From assembly GCA_964187785.1 (NCBI GenBank), contig OZ076420.1, positions 31,744,001 through 31,808,000 on the forward strand: 64,000 bases of DNA, written 5' to 3'. Each line of letters begins with the position of its first letter. Position 1 is the stretch's first letter. Below the pieces are notes generated by a model, which saw only the letters and a list, made by a program, of their open reading frames with translations, ran no database searches and was not told the origin of the DNA. This DNA comes from Amphiscolops sp. MND2022 (lineage: Eukaryota). The translations under genes and the position numbers were made by a program. This document shows positions 24,701 to 37,649 of the stretch, piece after piece.

Positions 24701-25714
24701 CACGCAAATCGCTATTTCCAGACAAAAACCATGCGTGGTGGCGGTAAAATTTACCATAAAGATCCTCTTTTCCTGGAATTGTCATCTTCATTTGGAAAGT
24801 TCCTCCGTGCATCAATTGAATTGAAAACAAAGAAGTATGAATGTTTGGAAATATCTGAAATACTTGAGAAACTTGTTGATGATTTGGATGCCAAATACCC
24901 CGGACCAACATACCTCGAAATTTGCAAGACCCCAATTTCCTCGACTTCTCTTGCAATCGGGAAGTCGCATCCCGATTCCCAACTTTTGAGTGGTATGAGG
25001 TTCACTTCAATTGGAAGATTAGGGGTAGTCGACGGGATTTCGTTAACGTAGGATGTTCTGATTAAACTCATCAACGAAATGGAGGGCATATTCATTGAAC
25101 ACGATCAAGCAGACACCCTCATGAAGACACTTTCACGACTGCCTAATTGCTTCGTTCTGGTCAAAGACGAAGAAGACCTAGTAATCGCCACAGGCTCTGT
25201 GCAAGAAATTGAAGACCTGAAAAAGAAAAGGCCGCTGGCGAAAAAAATAAAGCGAAGTAAGTCAAGTCTTTCCACGTCCCAGTCTTCCGATTCGGACAGT
25301 CAATACCCATCATCGCAAGTCACAGCAAGACAGAAAAAAGAAACCGCTCAATACTCACAAATTGCTCAAAAATTTGCCCAAGGAGGTCCAACTTTTTTGA
25401 AGAAAAATTTTCTCATTGATGTCAAAAAAGTAGTTACGTTGTTAGACCCCAAAGATTACACCATTGCCCCCGGAAGTAATTTTCGTCGAGCCAGAGTAAA
25501 TGATATGAGACCACTCTTCCTTGATCAAATATCAGGCAAAAAATCAAACGAGAATATATCGGCTGTGGCTTATCTCAAACGATACAGAAATGGACAAACC
25601 AGATTACCAAAACACTTTTTCGAGAATGATGATGACACTTTTGCCGGAGAAATTGACAACGTTGATGATGATGACGACGACGTCGATGAAGAATGTTCTC
25701 AGATCACTTTGTAG
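21704..25714 (+). pseudogene. RAG1/Transib-like DDE transposase with an N-terminal 13-aa repeat and a BRCT-like C-terminal segment; recently disabled
   Basis: ORFs 22371, 23370, 24467 and 25079 form one frame of ~1117 codons from the acceptor at 22358, after reading through TAG 23277 and TAG 25049 and removing a GACAA duplication (24417-24426). Motifs in RAG1 order: IWGDG (D 23565), YSGDTPFL (D 23805), PDPTH (H 24024), LTPYKLKLAMMPQIVE...MCEGLEKSNHHANRYF (E 24686). Probable upstream exon 21704-22014. Confidence 0.7.
22533..23039 (+). repeat. 39-bp coding minisatellite, ~13 units (DSHAPPTMDLETM)
   Basis: Unit ggattcgcatgcaccaccaacaatggaccttgaaacaat; preserves the reading frame. Confidence 0.95.
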
Positions 25715-25989
25715 ACTCCAGTGTTCAACAAAAAAAGGGACACCGTAATTATGTTGTTGATATTTGTGTTCATATCTAGCGATGCATTACTATTTCGAAA
25801 TAATACTATTAGAATTCTGTTCTTGAATTTGCGTATCTCTGTGATAAACATAACTCCAATTCAAGTTAGTTGTAAGAGACTATATTTTTCATACTCCGCT
25901 GAAGATCAGATACAGTGAAGATACGATACCAACACATCGTACCCCGTTACGTCGCGAGAAGTAGAGGTTATGATAAGCCATGGTAAACC

Positions 25990-28780
25990 AATCGAAAAGT
26001 TGGAGTTAATCAAAATCTGCCAGTTTTTATTTAAGAGCAAAACAATAAAAAATGCCACAAATTTACCAAACTCCATTCAAAAATGAACAATAGTTCCATG
26101 ACACTAATACGGTATTTTAAACTTTACATATTGAAATATTATCTCTGGTAGTTGTTTTCTTACAGTTTAAAATATGTATGCGGTTTCCACGACCCATGTA
26201 TAATGATATGGACTTACTTTCCACAGTAGCTTTCGTGGCCATCGAACAGTGATTGCTCTTTTGGTGGACACCAGGACAATATGCTTAAAGTGGTGGAAAC
26301 CAGGACAATACAGTCAGATTTAAATATTATACTATCTTACCTTTGGTAGTTGTTTTCTTACAGTTAAAGATATGTATGCGGTTTCCACGACACATGTATA
26401 AAAATATGGTCTTACTTTCCATTGTCGTTTTGGGGCCATTTTAAAAACGAACTCATCCGTTGAATGTTTACGGAAAAATGACAGTTCATCAAAATCTGCC
26501 ATAATTTAATGACAAGACAGTTATGGATAAATGCCATGTTTTCATAAAATGCCATGCAAGATTGATCAGTGTTTTCGTGAGACTAGGACTTTTGAGACGA
26601 ATTTCGTGTTTATTACAAGTCAAAGAGACAAATATTCGTTGCTAACAGTCTCGCAGCGCCTCGTTAAAGGGCCCAAAGACTAATAACAGAACTAATGATC
26701 TGTCTAGTTAAAGAGAGATTTGATGAGTGAATACTTTCAACTGACGCATTTGTATTTTACGTTTAGACCATATCGCGAATGATCTTTCACTCTTTTTCTT
26801 TTTCTACGGTTGTTTTTACTAACAATCTGCTAGCGATCTCGAGGTTTGTTCTAGAGCTAGCGCTTTGCCACATGGACCAAATTTAGTCAACAATAATTTC
26901 ACGTTTGAATTGCATTTTTAGTCAAAAGTTGTTGCTATTAAAAGTCAGAGACAAAATAAGTCCATTATATCTTTCGAGCGAACAATTGCTGGCCTCTAAA
27001 AACGCTAACCAATCAAAAATGTACCATTTGATCAAAATCTGCCAGATTTCAACAACAAGTCAGATATAAATAAATGTCAGAATATTCTAAAACGTCATTC
27101 AAAGTTGAGCAAAATTTCCATGACAATATTAAGGTATATTAGATTTTAAATATTGACGTACTATCCCCTTTGGTAGTTGTTTTCTCACAGTTTAAGATAT
27201 GTATGCGGTTTCCACGACACATGTATAATGATATGGTCTTACTTTCCATAGTTGTTTTCATGGCCATCGAACAGTGAATGCTATTTTGGTGGAAACCAGG
27301 ACAAAATGCTTAAAGTGGTGGAAACCAGGACAATACAGTCAGATTTGCATAATAACGTACTACCCTTTGGTAATGGTTTTCTTGTAGTTTAAGATATGTA
27401 TGTGGTTTCCACGACACATGTATAAAGATATCGTCTTACTTTCCACAGACGTTTTAGGACCATCCGAGAACGAACTCATCCGTTGAATGTTTATGAAAAA
27501 ATGGCAGTTGAAAAAAATTTGCCATATTTCGATGACAAGACAGTTTCAAATAAATGCCACGTTCCCAAAAAATGCCATGCAGAAATGTTTTCAGTGTTTT
27601 CGTGTGACTTGGACTTCTTTAGCCAAATTTCGTTGTTATTAGAATACAGAGTTAAAATATGTCCCTAAAATCTTTCGTGAGGAAAAAAGGAGGGCTTTCA
27701 GTATACTAAAATGAAAAAAGATTGTGATATTTTGGTCCCAATAGTGAGTAAAAAAATATTCACGATTGGGACCAAAATTAGTCATGAATAATTTCACTTT
27801 TGAATTGCATTTTTAGTCAAATTTCGTTGTTATTAGAAGTCAGACAGTTAAAATATGTCCTTAATATCTTTCGTGAGGACAAAAGGGAGGCCTTTCAGTA
27901 TACTAAAATGAAAAAAATTTTGTGATATTTTGGTCCCAATCGTGAGTAAAAAAATTACTCACGATTGGGACCAAAACTATTCGTGATTAATTTCACCTTT
28001 GAACTACTTTTTCAGACAAAATTCGTTGCTATTAGAAGTTAGAGAGACAAAAAGTGTCCTCAATATCTTTCGTGCGGACAAAAGCCGGCCTCTAAATTGC
28101 TGACCATTCGAAAATGTACCATTTTATCAAAATCGGCCAGATTTCAATTTTAAGGCAGATATAAATAAATGCCAGAATATTCTAAAACGCCAATCAAAAT
28201 TGAGTGATTGCTCCATGACACTAATACGGTATATTAAAATTTAAATATTGACATATACCCCCTTTGGTAGTTGTTTTCTTACAGTTTAAGATATGTATGC
28301 GGATTCCACGACACATGTATAAAGATATGGTCCTACTTTCCATTGTCGTTTTAGTACCATTCAAGAACTAGCTCATTCGTTAAATGCTTTTGAAAAACTG
28401 GCAGTTGACAAAAATCTGCTAAATTTTGATGACGAGGTAGTTATAAATATATGCCATGTTTTCTTAAAATTCCGTGCAAAACTGTTTCTGTGTTTTGGTG
28501 AGACTAAGACCTTTTTAGCCGAAATTTGTGAAATGCTATTGAAAAATGGCAGTTGATAAAAATCTGCCACATTTTGACAAAAAGACAATTCTGAATAAAG
28601 GCCTTTTTTTTAAATTGCTTGCAAACTTGTTTTCAATGTTTTGTTTTCATTAGACTAGGACTTTGTTAGCCAAATTTACTGGCTCTAGTTTTACTTTTGT
28701 CCGCTTCCAAAGCTTCTCTGTTGGCTAACACCCTCTTTTTGAAAAACACGAATATTTGTGTTATACAATATTCATTTTCC
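25990..28780. repeat. Largest modular repeat array (A units, linkers, hairpin units at 27729-27778 and 27928-27976)
   Basis: Head-to-tail recurrence of the same modules; a short unrelated stretch at ~26640-26880. Confidence 0.9.
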
Positions 28781-29670
28781 TCTCTCTGCGCGTTTCTCTC
28801 TCTACGGTAACTCAAACAATTTAGAGCTTTGTACAGAAAATGACTGTATATGAAAAAATTATTTGATCATTTAAATACAAAAATATATATCAAAAGAACG
28901 AATCAACAAATCAATAAGTTTCATCTGTTGAAGCAGTGAAAGAGTGGCTCGAGAGGGCTTATAATATCTTCTTTGGGTTTCTGCTGTACTGGATTTGATT
29001 TGAGGGGTACTGGTTGTGTTTAGAGCTGAGCCCTAAAAGGCTTAACATGAAGATTATTGTTCGGTCTCCAGATGTCATCGAAAATGATCTCTTCATCGTA
29101 CGTGTTTTTTTGTGTAACTTCGTACTTTGTTTTCCCGTTGGGGTAGAACACTTGGCAGTAGTAGCAAAACCCAACTTTGCGTGGGGTATGCGACTTTCCA
29201 TGTAACTTATTAACTGCGTTTTCGCCGTTTTGTGAGATGAGTTTATCCATTGAAGCAAGAAGCGAAAATGAGTACAGATGTATGAATTGTGGAGAGAGAC
29301 TGGGTGCAGAAGAGGGTTTGCGGAGAGACCGAGTACAGATGACCTGGTAAGAGAGACTGATTGATGGCAGAATGAGAACAGAAGGAGGAGAGAGACTGAA
29401 TGATGACAAAAAGAATAGAGACTGGATCGTTTGATTTTGTTTGGCAACAAGGAAAGAAATGTAATTGAAAGCCAAATTTTTTGGTTAACCCTTATTGGTT
29501 GAAATACTGCTTTGATGTCAGAATAAAATTCGAATAAAGTGTTTGGTTCTAATTACTTGATTATAAATGGCTTTTACCCTGCCGTCTTTTTCAAAGGTAA
29601 TTGTATTTTGTCAATAATTGCGCAAAATGCCCCCTCCCCAAGCGACCGCAGGGGAAATAAGGTTTAATTA
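28780..29670 (-). repeat. ~0.9-kb cassette, copy 2 (ORF 29020-29250)
   Basis: Same 76-aa ORF as copy 1. Confidence 0.85.
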
Positions 29671-29749
29671 TTATTCCAAAGGAGGTAGTACGTCAATATG
29701 TAAATTTTGATATACCGTATTAGTGTCATGGAAATATTGCTCAATTTTG

Positions 29750-30570
29750 AAAGCATCTGTAAAATCAGAGGAGCTGTTCAAAGGTTGGTTCACCATAAAC
29801 GCAGAAGATTTCATAAAAGGGAAAGAACAACAACAAGATTTAATTTCTGACTTGTGAATAGCCGCCGTGAAAATAACATCTGGAAACCAAATTCGTACGC
29901 GTCTCGATTTTTAGCAAAATTCGAAATGAACTATTCCATAAACGAATTATAATTATTAGTTGTTGTGGTAGACATGTAAATTATGTAACAATCGCCGCAA
30001 TCAAACGGCTACTGAAATGCAAGAAAGTAGTGAACAGCCAATCAAAAGCCGAGAATAGCGTGCTTACGGGTGCGAGCGAAAGCAACAGTGGTGAACGAAA
30101 CGAATACATGAACGGCGTTAACAAGTTAATTGAAAACGGATCTAATTCGCAAATTGACAAAACCATGCAAAACGCCAGTGAGTCAAAAATATGTAAAAAT
30201 TACATTCGCGCCAATTATGAAGAAGATAGACATTTGCAGAAAATGATAAAACTTGTAAAATCTAAAGATGCGGCGCAAATCGCCAGACTTCCAGTTCCGT
30301 GGAGAGAAAAGTTTACCGCGTTTAATTTGGATTCGAATAACTTGCTTTACATGAACGAACGCCTCGTTATTCCTAAAAACATGCGAGAAAATATGATGAA
30401 CGCAATACACTTTGGGCACCCAGGCAGGGACGCGATGTTACGCGACGCTGCAGATGTCTGGTGGCCTAAAATACACCGTGAAATTATAGAGAAAGCCAGT
30501 AATTGCCCGCAGTGCAGATTAGAAGGTAAGAATTTAAAATGTGTCAAATCACAAAAAGAATTTGGGGACC
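29750..30570 (+). mobile_element. Gypsy RNase H / linker / integrase zinc-finger fragments
   Basis: KPNSYASRFL..FEMNYSINEL; LPVPWREKF...HFGHPGRDAML...WWPKIHREI...CPQC. Confidence 0.9.
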
Positions 30571-30974
30571 ATGTCATCTATTCCCCCCCAGGTACACCTT
30601 GTTCAAAATAGGACCGCCCCCCTCCCAACACAAAGCACTTTTTGTTCTCGAATAAAACTATTTCACTAATAACAGAATATTATATGAAAGTAAATACTTA
30701 TAGGACTGTCTCTACAACTGTTTTGACACTTCAGGCAAAAACATGCCCTAATTTTGTTGAAAATATTGTCCAAAATAGCAGAAATGCACGTTTAAAACAA
30801 GCTAAAATCGTATAAATTGGGCCTCAATTTAACACAAATTTTCTGCGTGATAGAATCTAATGAGCAACTTTTAACTGACAGTCAATGTAATGGAAAGGAT
30901 TATGTCGACATCAATTATTTTATTGGACCAAATTTTGGATTGACGGAATTGTTTCAGAAAACGACCCAAAGTTA

Positions 30975-31870
30975 GTGTTGGAAGAAGACGACTTCAGCCC
31001 AGACGTCGACTCTACAGTGCTAATTAGAGAAAGAACGCGTGGTTCGAAATTGGAGGGAACATTCAAAAAGAAAACGGCTCAGCCAATTGGAGAATTGGAC
31101 CATACTGTGACAATTCTGCCAAGCAGAGGAAGCCCTGTGGTATTATCCCAAAGAGATATAGCAATCGAGAGAAAAGAGGCGAATAACGCGGGACCGTCAA
31201 AAAGGCAGGAAGTATCGGAAGATGAAATTAGCAGCAGTGAAGAAGGAAGGCCAAAACAAGTCAACTTGCCAAATAGTCAAGAAATGCCAAATGAGGCCGA
31301 ATTGCCAATTGAGGAAGAGGTACTAGAAGGGCCAGAGATGTCAAGTGAGGTGCACATGCCGAAGCGAAAAACAACAAGACTGGAAACAGTATCGACAGAA
31401 GAAGAAGAGATGAAAGAAGACACGAAATTTCCGGAAGAAAAGGAAAAAGAGGAGTCTCCGAGAAAAGGAGGAAAAACAAGATTGGGCAGAACCGTGAAGA
31501 AACCCAAATGGTTGGGTCACAATGTTATGGTTTCGGCCATAAAGAAAGCTGAAGCAAAATAAAAGTCTTCCAATTTTAAACTTTTACTGAAGTGAAGTTC
31601 TTAATTGTGCTATGTTATTCACAATGCGTTTTGTTTCACAATTGTATTATCCATAACCAAGTACTAAATTATCCTAATTTGTAGTCTAATAATCCCTGAA
31701 GTATTATTATAAAAAAGGGAATGTAGACATGTAAATGCGCAAGTACCTGCCATAATACCAATTATTGCCATTCGTTACAGATTCGTCAATACAGTTGTTA
31801 TTGCCAATTCTCTTTCTTTTGCCAAGTCATCGCAAAACGTTAACAGCTGTAGTCAATTGAACATCTTACA
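30975..31870 (+). mobile_element. Gypsy integrase tail, 3' UTR, polypurine tract and start of the 3' LTR
   Basis: DSTVLIRERTRGSKLEGTFKKK motif shared with the other Gypsy tails. Purine run aaaaaagggaa (31711-31721) is directly followed by TGTAGACATG (31722). Confidence 0.75.
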
Positions 31871-32474
31871 AATTACGTAAGGGGTACGTCAAAATTTAAA
31901 ACTAATATACCGAGCCATACAACAAAAAAAGCTAATCTTTCCATGTGCAAATCAATCTAGTTCCAACATATTGGCTGTAACAGCACTAAAAGCTAGTAAT
32001 TTGAATTCTGTTGAATGGGACCAAATTTTCATTTTCTGTTGTATTTGATTGATGGAACATGGATTCCAATGGATTTTTAACAATATTGGGATAATAATCT
32101 ACAGTAGTGAAAGAAATGTTTCGCATTTGATTAGTGGCAAACGTTCCGGGCGATAAATATTTTACCTAAAGACTCTAACATTAAAGCGTCTTCGGAAAAA
32201 TTGTCCAACCCGAAAGTTTTTTTTGCTATTTATTATTTCTACTTTTTTTCAGTAAAGTTTTTGTTTGTATCTACTGAAAAATTCAGATATTTCGCTCCAC
32301 AGTGAGTTTAAGCGAGAGATTTAGTTTATACTGCCAGATTTGGTGACAAGCTGGGTAATATTAAACGCCATGTTATTCGAAAACGCCATTCAATTATTGA
32401 GCAATTTTTCCTTGACCATAGGACGGCATAAGAAATTTTAAATTTTGACGTACTACAATACAGTCAGAGTTAAA

Positions 32475-33360
32475 CCTTGTGTCTTATTTTTTCCTGCGGT
32501 CGCTTTTGGAGGGGCATTTTGCGCAATTATTGACGAAATACAATTACCTTTAAAAAAGACAGCATGGTGAAAACCATTTATAATTAAGTAATTAGACCCA
32601 AACACTTTAATATAACTTTATGCTGACATCAAAGCAGTATTTCAACCAATAAGGGATAACCAAAAAGTTTGGCTTTCAATTGCATTTCTTTCATTGTTGC
32701 CAAACAAATTCAAACGATCCAGTCTCTATTCTTTTTGTCATCATTCAGTCTCTCTCCTCCTTCTGTTCTCATTCTGCCATCAATCAGTCTCTCTTACCAG
32801 GTCATCTGTACTCGGTCTCTCCGCAAACCCTCTTCTGCACCCAGTCTCTCTCCACAATTCATACATCTGTACTCATTTTCGCTTCTTGCTTCAATGGATA
32901 AACTCATCTCACAAAACGGCGAAAACGCAGTTAATAAGTTACATGGAAAGTCGCATACCCCACGCAAAGTTGGGTTTTGCTACTACTGCCAAGTGTTCTA
33001 CCCCAACGGGAAAACAAAGTACGAAGTTACACAAAAAAACACGTACGATGAAGAGATCATTTTCGATGACATCTGGAGACCGAACAATAATCTTCATGTT
33101 AAGCTTTTTAGGGCTCAGCTCTAAACACAACCAGTACCCCTCAAATCAAATCCAGTACAGCAGAAACCCAAAGAAGATATTAGAAGCCCTCTCGAGCCAC
33201 TCTTTCACTGCTTCAACAGATGAAACTTATTGATTTGTTGATTCGTTCTTTTGATATATATTTTTGTATTTAAATGATCAATTAATTTTTTCATATACAG
33301 GCATTTTCTGTACAAAGCTCTAAATTGTTTGAGTTAACGTAGAGAGAGAAACGCGTAGAG
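32475..33360 (+). repeat. ~0.9-kb cassette, copy 3 (ORF 32894-33124)
   Basis: Same 76-aa ORF. Confidence 0.85.
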
Positions 33361-34460
33361 AGAGGAAAATGAATATTAAACAACACAAATATTCGTATTT
33401 TTCAGTTTATTTCATTTTTGAACAAACTGCCAGATCATCACAATCTGCCATTTTTTGATGACATGCTGCAATTTTGGTACCAGTCATGAGTATCTCTATT
33501 CGTACTTTGGGATTCTTCGTTTCAATCAAAACAATTTCCATTGATATAAATTGTTAAAACAAGTCTTTCATGAGGACAAAAAGGAAGCCTTCTAGTATAC
33601 TAAGATGAAAAAAAATTGTGATACATTGGTCCCAATCGTGAGTAAAAAAAATACTCACGATTGGGACCAAAATTAATCAAGATTAATTTCACCTTTAAAA
33701 TACTTTTTAGCCGAATTTCGTTGCTATGAGAAGTCAGAGAGACAAAAAATGTCCTCAATATCTTGCGTGAGGACAAAAAGGAGGCCTTTTAGTATACTAA
33801 AATGAAAAAAAAATATTGTGATATTTTGGTCCCAATCGTGAGTAAAAAAATTACTCACGATTGGGACCTAATTATTCTTGATTAATTTCACCTTTGAATT
33901 GCTTTTTAGCCAAAATTCTTTGCTATTAGAAGTCAGAGAGACAAAGTAAGTCCATAATGTCTTTCGAGCGAACAAAAGCCGGCCTCGAAAAATGCTAACC
34001 AATCGAAAATGTACCATTTCATCAAAATCTGCCAGTTTTCAATTTTAGGCCAGATATATATGCATGTCAGAATATTCTAAAACGTCATTGAAAGTTGAAC
34101 AATTTTCCCATGACAAAATTAAGATATATTAGATTTTAAATTTTGACGTACTATCCCCTTTGGTAGTTGTTTTCTTACAGTTTAAGATATGTATGCGGTT
34201 TCCACGACACATGTATAATGATATGGTCTTACTTTCCACAGTCGCTTTCGTGGCCATCGAACAGTGGATGCTATTTTGGTGGAAACCAGGACAATATGCT
34301 TAAAGTGGTGGAAACCAGGACAATACAGTCAGATTTAAATTTTGACGTACTACCCTCTTTGGTAGTTGTTTTCTTACAGTTTAAGATATGTATGCGGTTT
34401 CCACGACACATGTATATTAATATGGTCCTACTTTCCACAGTCGCTTTCGTGGCCATTGAG
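33360..34460. repeat. Modular repeat cluster (hairpins ~33626-33672 and ~33825-33868, two A units)
   Basis: Core motifs as above. Confidence 0.9.
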
Positions 34461-34464
34461 CAAT

Positions 34465-37140
34465 GTAATAGCGGTCTACGAATCGATGAAGAAAAAAGGA
34501 TATTGAGCAATACTGTATTACAGACAGACCATATGGTGACTGGCCGAAGTTTCTTACTAAAAATACAGCAATTGATAGCTGGGATAATGGGCTTTTTATG
34601 AGTATAAAGTTAGCCCCAGGTTAAGTACGCTGATGATTAATGTAAGTTTAATGTTAAATGTAGTTTAGCATCATGTAGTAATGTTTACAATTACAATGGT
34701 GTGATTGAAGGTACTTTTCACAACACAAATATGCACTCGAAATACATCAGTTTTTAGTTTCTTTGAGCTTTGTAGTAGTTTTACTTGGATCCTTGTGGTT
34801 CTTCATTGTTAGCGGTTGGGCTCTTGATGTTTGAGATCATGGCGTTATTCCCGTAGAAATCGGGTTTGTATCTTTGTCTCTCACCTCTCCTTGCTTGTAA
34901 ATTCTCTTGTTGCACTGTTTTTCTGGGTGGTAGTTTCTCTGGTTTTGTCCTTTCCGCCATTTCTGGCTCATCCATTGGATTTGGCAATTCTTCTTCAGTT
35001 GTCTCTTCGTGTTGTTCTCTTTCGTTCTTTACTTCTGGTTTGTGGTGTGTTTGTTGCATATTCTCTTTGTCGCCGCTTTTGATTTCGATTATTGTTTCCA
35101 AGTTTTCTGCTTGTCTCTTTTGTCGTTCCTTTGCCTTTTGTTTTTTTTGTCTTCTTTTGATTTTTTCTTTTAATTTTGCCATGGGTGGCTTTGTTTTCTT
35201 GCTTCCCTCTACCTCGTTTTTCATTGGTTGTTTTGCCGCGAATTTATTGTTCTCGATTTCTGTCTCGCTGTGTGCGACGTCGCTGCACAATGACCAATCA
35301 ATTCGTATTGGTAGTTCGTTTTTTTTCTGTTAGTTCGTTTCCTTCTGGCAGTTTGTTCTCTTCTGGTAGTTCGTTCTCTTCTGGCAGTTTGTGTTTTTCT
35401 GGTAGTTTGTTTCCTATTGGCAGTTCATTTCGAATTGCAAAAAAATTGTTGTTCTGCCAATTGTTCGTCCGCTTGCTTTGATGAGCATGGTTGGTCGTCT
35501 GCATGGTAACGTCCTTCATCTCTATTTGACAAGATTGTGGCTTTCGTCTTTCCTGCTGGGAGGAACGTAATTGAATGCTCGGATTGGCTTAAGAGGGTTC
35601 CTTTACGCTTTTTGTACGCTCCTTCGAGCTGGCTTCCTCTCACCCTTTCACGGACCAGTATTGTCGAGTCTTGATCAGATTCAAAGTCGGTTTCTGTGAG
35701 TTTGAAATCCTGTGAACCTGAAATAGTATTTCCTTGATTTTTTACTAGCCTTTTAACTGTTTTTGGTTCTTTACCTGTGTATCTCTCATATGGGTATTTT
35801 GCATTTTTTGTGGGATACAATCTTAGTGTAAATAAACTTTATGAAAGGCATGAATTATCACGTTTCAGGACTATTTGTTTATTTGTTCTGAATTTCGTTG
35901 ATTGTTCTCATGAGCCGTTCAATTTTACCATGCCATTTCCGCGATGGTCTCTGATTGGGCATTCGACATGTTGTAATAACCGTTCTTTACAGAATTCTTT
36001 GAAACGTTTACTTTTGAAAATAGTGGCGGAATCCGTTCTAATTCTTTGTGGGATTCCGTGTCTGGCGATATAATTTTTTAGGAATTCGATAACGCGTTCT
36101 GTTGTCGGTTTCCCTCAGAATTTTGATTCGAGGCAACCTGAATAGTGGCCTCTTGAGACTAATAAACATTTTGCTTTCGCAGCGTTTTGGAATGGACCAG
36201 CAAAGGCGATAGCTATCTCCTGGTTATTTTTTTGACATTCTGGCAGTTCACCTACTTGATTTTGACTTAGAAGAGTTTTAATGTTCTTACCTGCTTGTGA
36301 GCATTGCGGGCATGTTCTCGCTATTGCTACCACTTCGCGATGAAGACGCGGCCACCAGAAATTAGATATGGTCGCCAACATGCTGTCCCGTCCCGGGTGT
36401 CGGTAATGGAGCGATCGCATAATGATCGGGCGTAATGGTTAAGGAATAACCAGGCGTTCGTCCATATAAATGAAATCATGCTGGTCGAGGCTTAGACAAC
36501 GAAATTTTTCACGCCACGGCGTGGGGAGACGGTTTATTTTAGTACTGTCTGGTTTTTTCAGTAGTTGTATTATCTTCTGAAGGAATTCGTTGCCTTCGTA
36601 TTGCGACACACACGTAAAATTACCCGCGTTTGGAGTACCTCAATCTGGCTCCCTGAGTTACAAACGGGGGTTTTTATTGGTGGTTGATTAACCACTTGCA
36701 TTATTTCGTCGTTCATGCTGTCGGTCTCGCTTGAGTCGAACATTCGTTCGCTTTTTCGTACGACTGTATTATTGCTGCTATCTGTTCAAGTGGCGTTTTG
36801 TTTGTTTTAGTAATTTTGCTCTCAATTGCCACTTTGATCTCATTTGCCAATTTTTTCTTGAATTGCGTTTTGCCTTCACTTGCCAGCTGCTCTCCTATTG
36901 ACTGATTCTGATTCGTGCTTGATTTTCGATTTGTTGTTGCTGAAACAGATTCATCATTTCTGATTATCCCATACACAGTAAACCAACTATTCCCGAGTTC
37001 TTCCGCTTTAATTTTATTTTCGTTACAATGATTTTCCGAAGGATGTCGTAATAAATAGTCTGCAATTCCCATTGTGCGTCCTTGGGCGTAGATTATTCTA
37101 AATTGAAAAGGTAAGAGTCAGTCTACCTATCTAGTTAACC
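34465..37140 (-). mobile_element. Degenerate Gypsy pol 3' half including the integrase catalytic core, acidic tail and probable LTR sequence
   Basis: Minus strand: GIADYLLRHPS; HYRHPGRDSML; RHGIPQRIRTDSATIF...HRGNGKIERLMRTINE (DDE core, ~35880-36080); ERVRGSQLEGAYKKRKG. Multiple stops and frameshifts. Confidence 0.9.
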
Positions 37141-37649
37141 TTGATGAATATGTTTTATTCGATCTATTGTCCTTTAAAATTGTTGTCAACGCTTTGTGAT
37201 CTACAAATCGATGAAGAAAAGGGACTATTGAGCAGTACTGTATTACAGACAGACCATATGAAGACATGCCAAACTTTCGTTTTACACGGTTACAGTTTTG
37301 TTTGTAAAAACTCTTTCAATAGTATGATAATTTGTATTTACAACTTGCTCAATTTACTTGTTATTTCATGAAAGTTTATTCAAGAGTCGAGCTCAAGGTC
37401 AATTCTCTCACAAGCAATGAAAGCTATTTTGGTGGAATCCAGGACATTATGCTCAAAATGGTGGAAACCAGGACAATACAGTCAGAATTAAATATTGACG
37501 TACTATCCCCTTTGGTAGTTGTTTTCTTACAGTTTAAGATATGTATGTGGTTTCCACGACACATGTATAAAGATATAGTCTTACTTTCCACAGTCGTTTT
37601 CGTGGCCATCGAACAGTGAATGCTATTTTGGTGGAAACCAGGACAATAC

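Noticed and set aside
23277-25051. TAG reassignment or programmed read-through (in-frame TAG at 23277 and 25049; also 57744 and 53271)
   Set aside because: All cases are in otherwise damaged elements; the intact JmjC and SET frames need no read-through; C-to-T nonsense changes are the commonest lesion (for example CAA to TAA at 436). Too few cases to claim RIP-like bias either.
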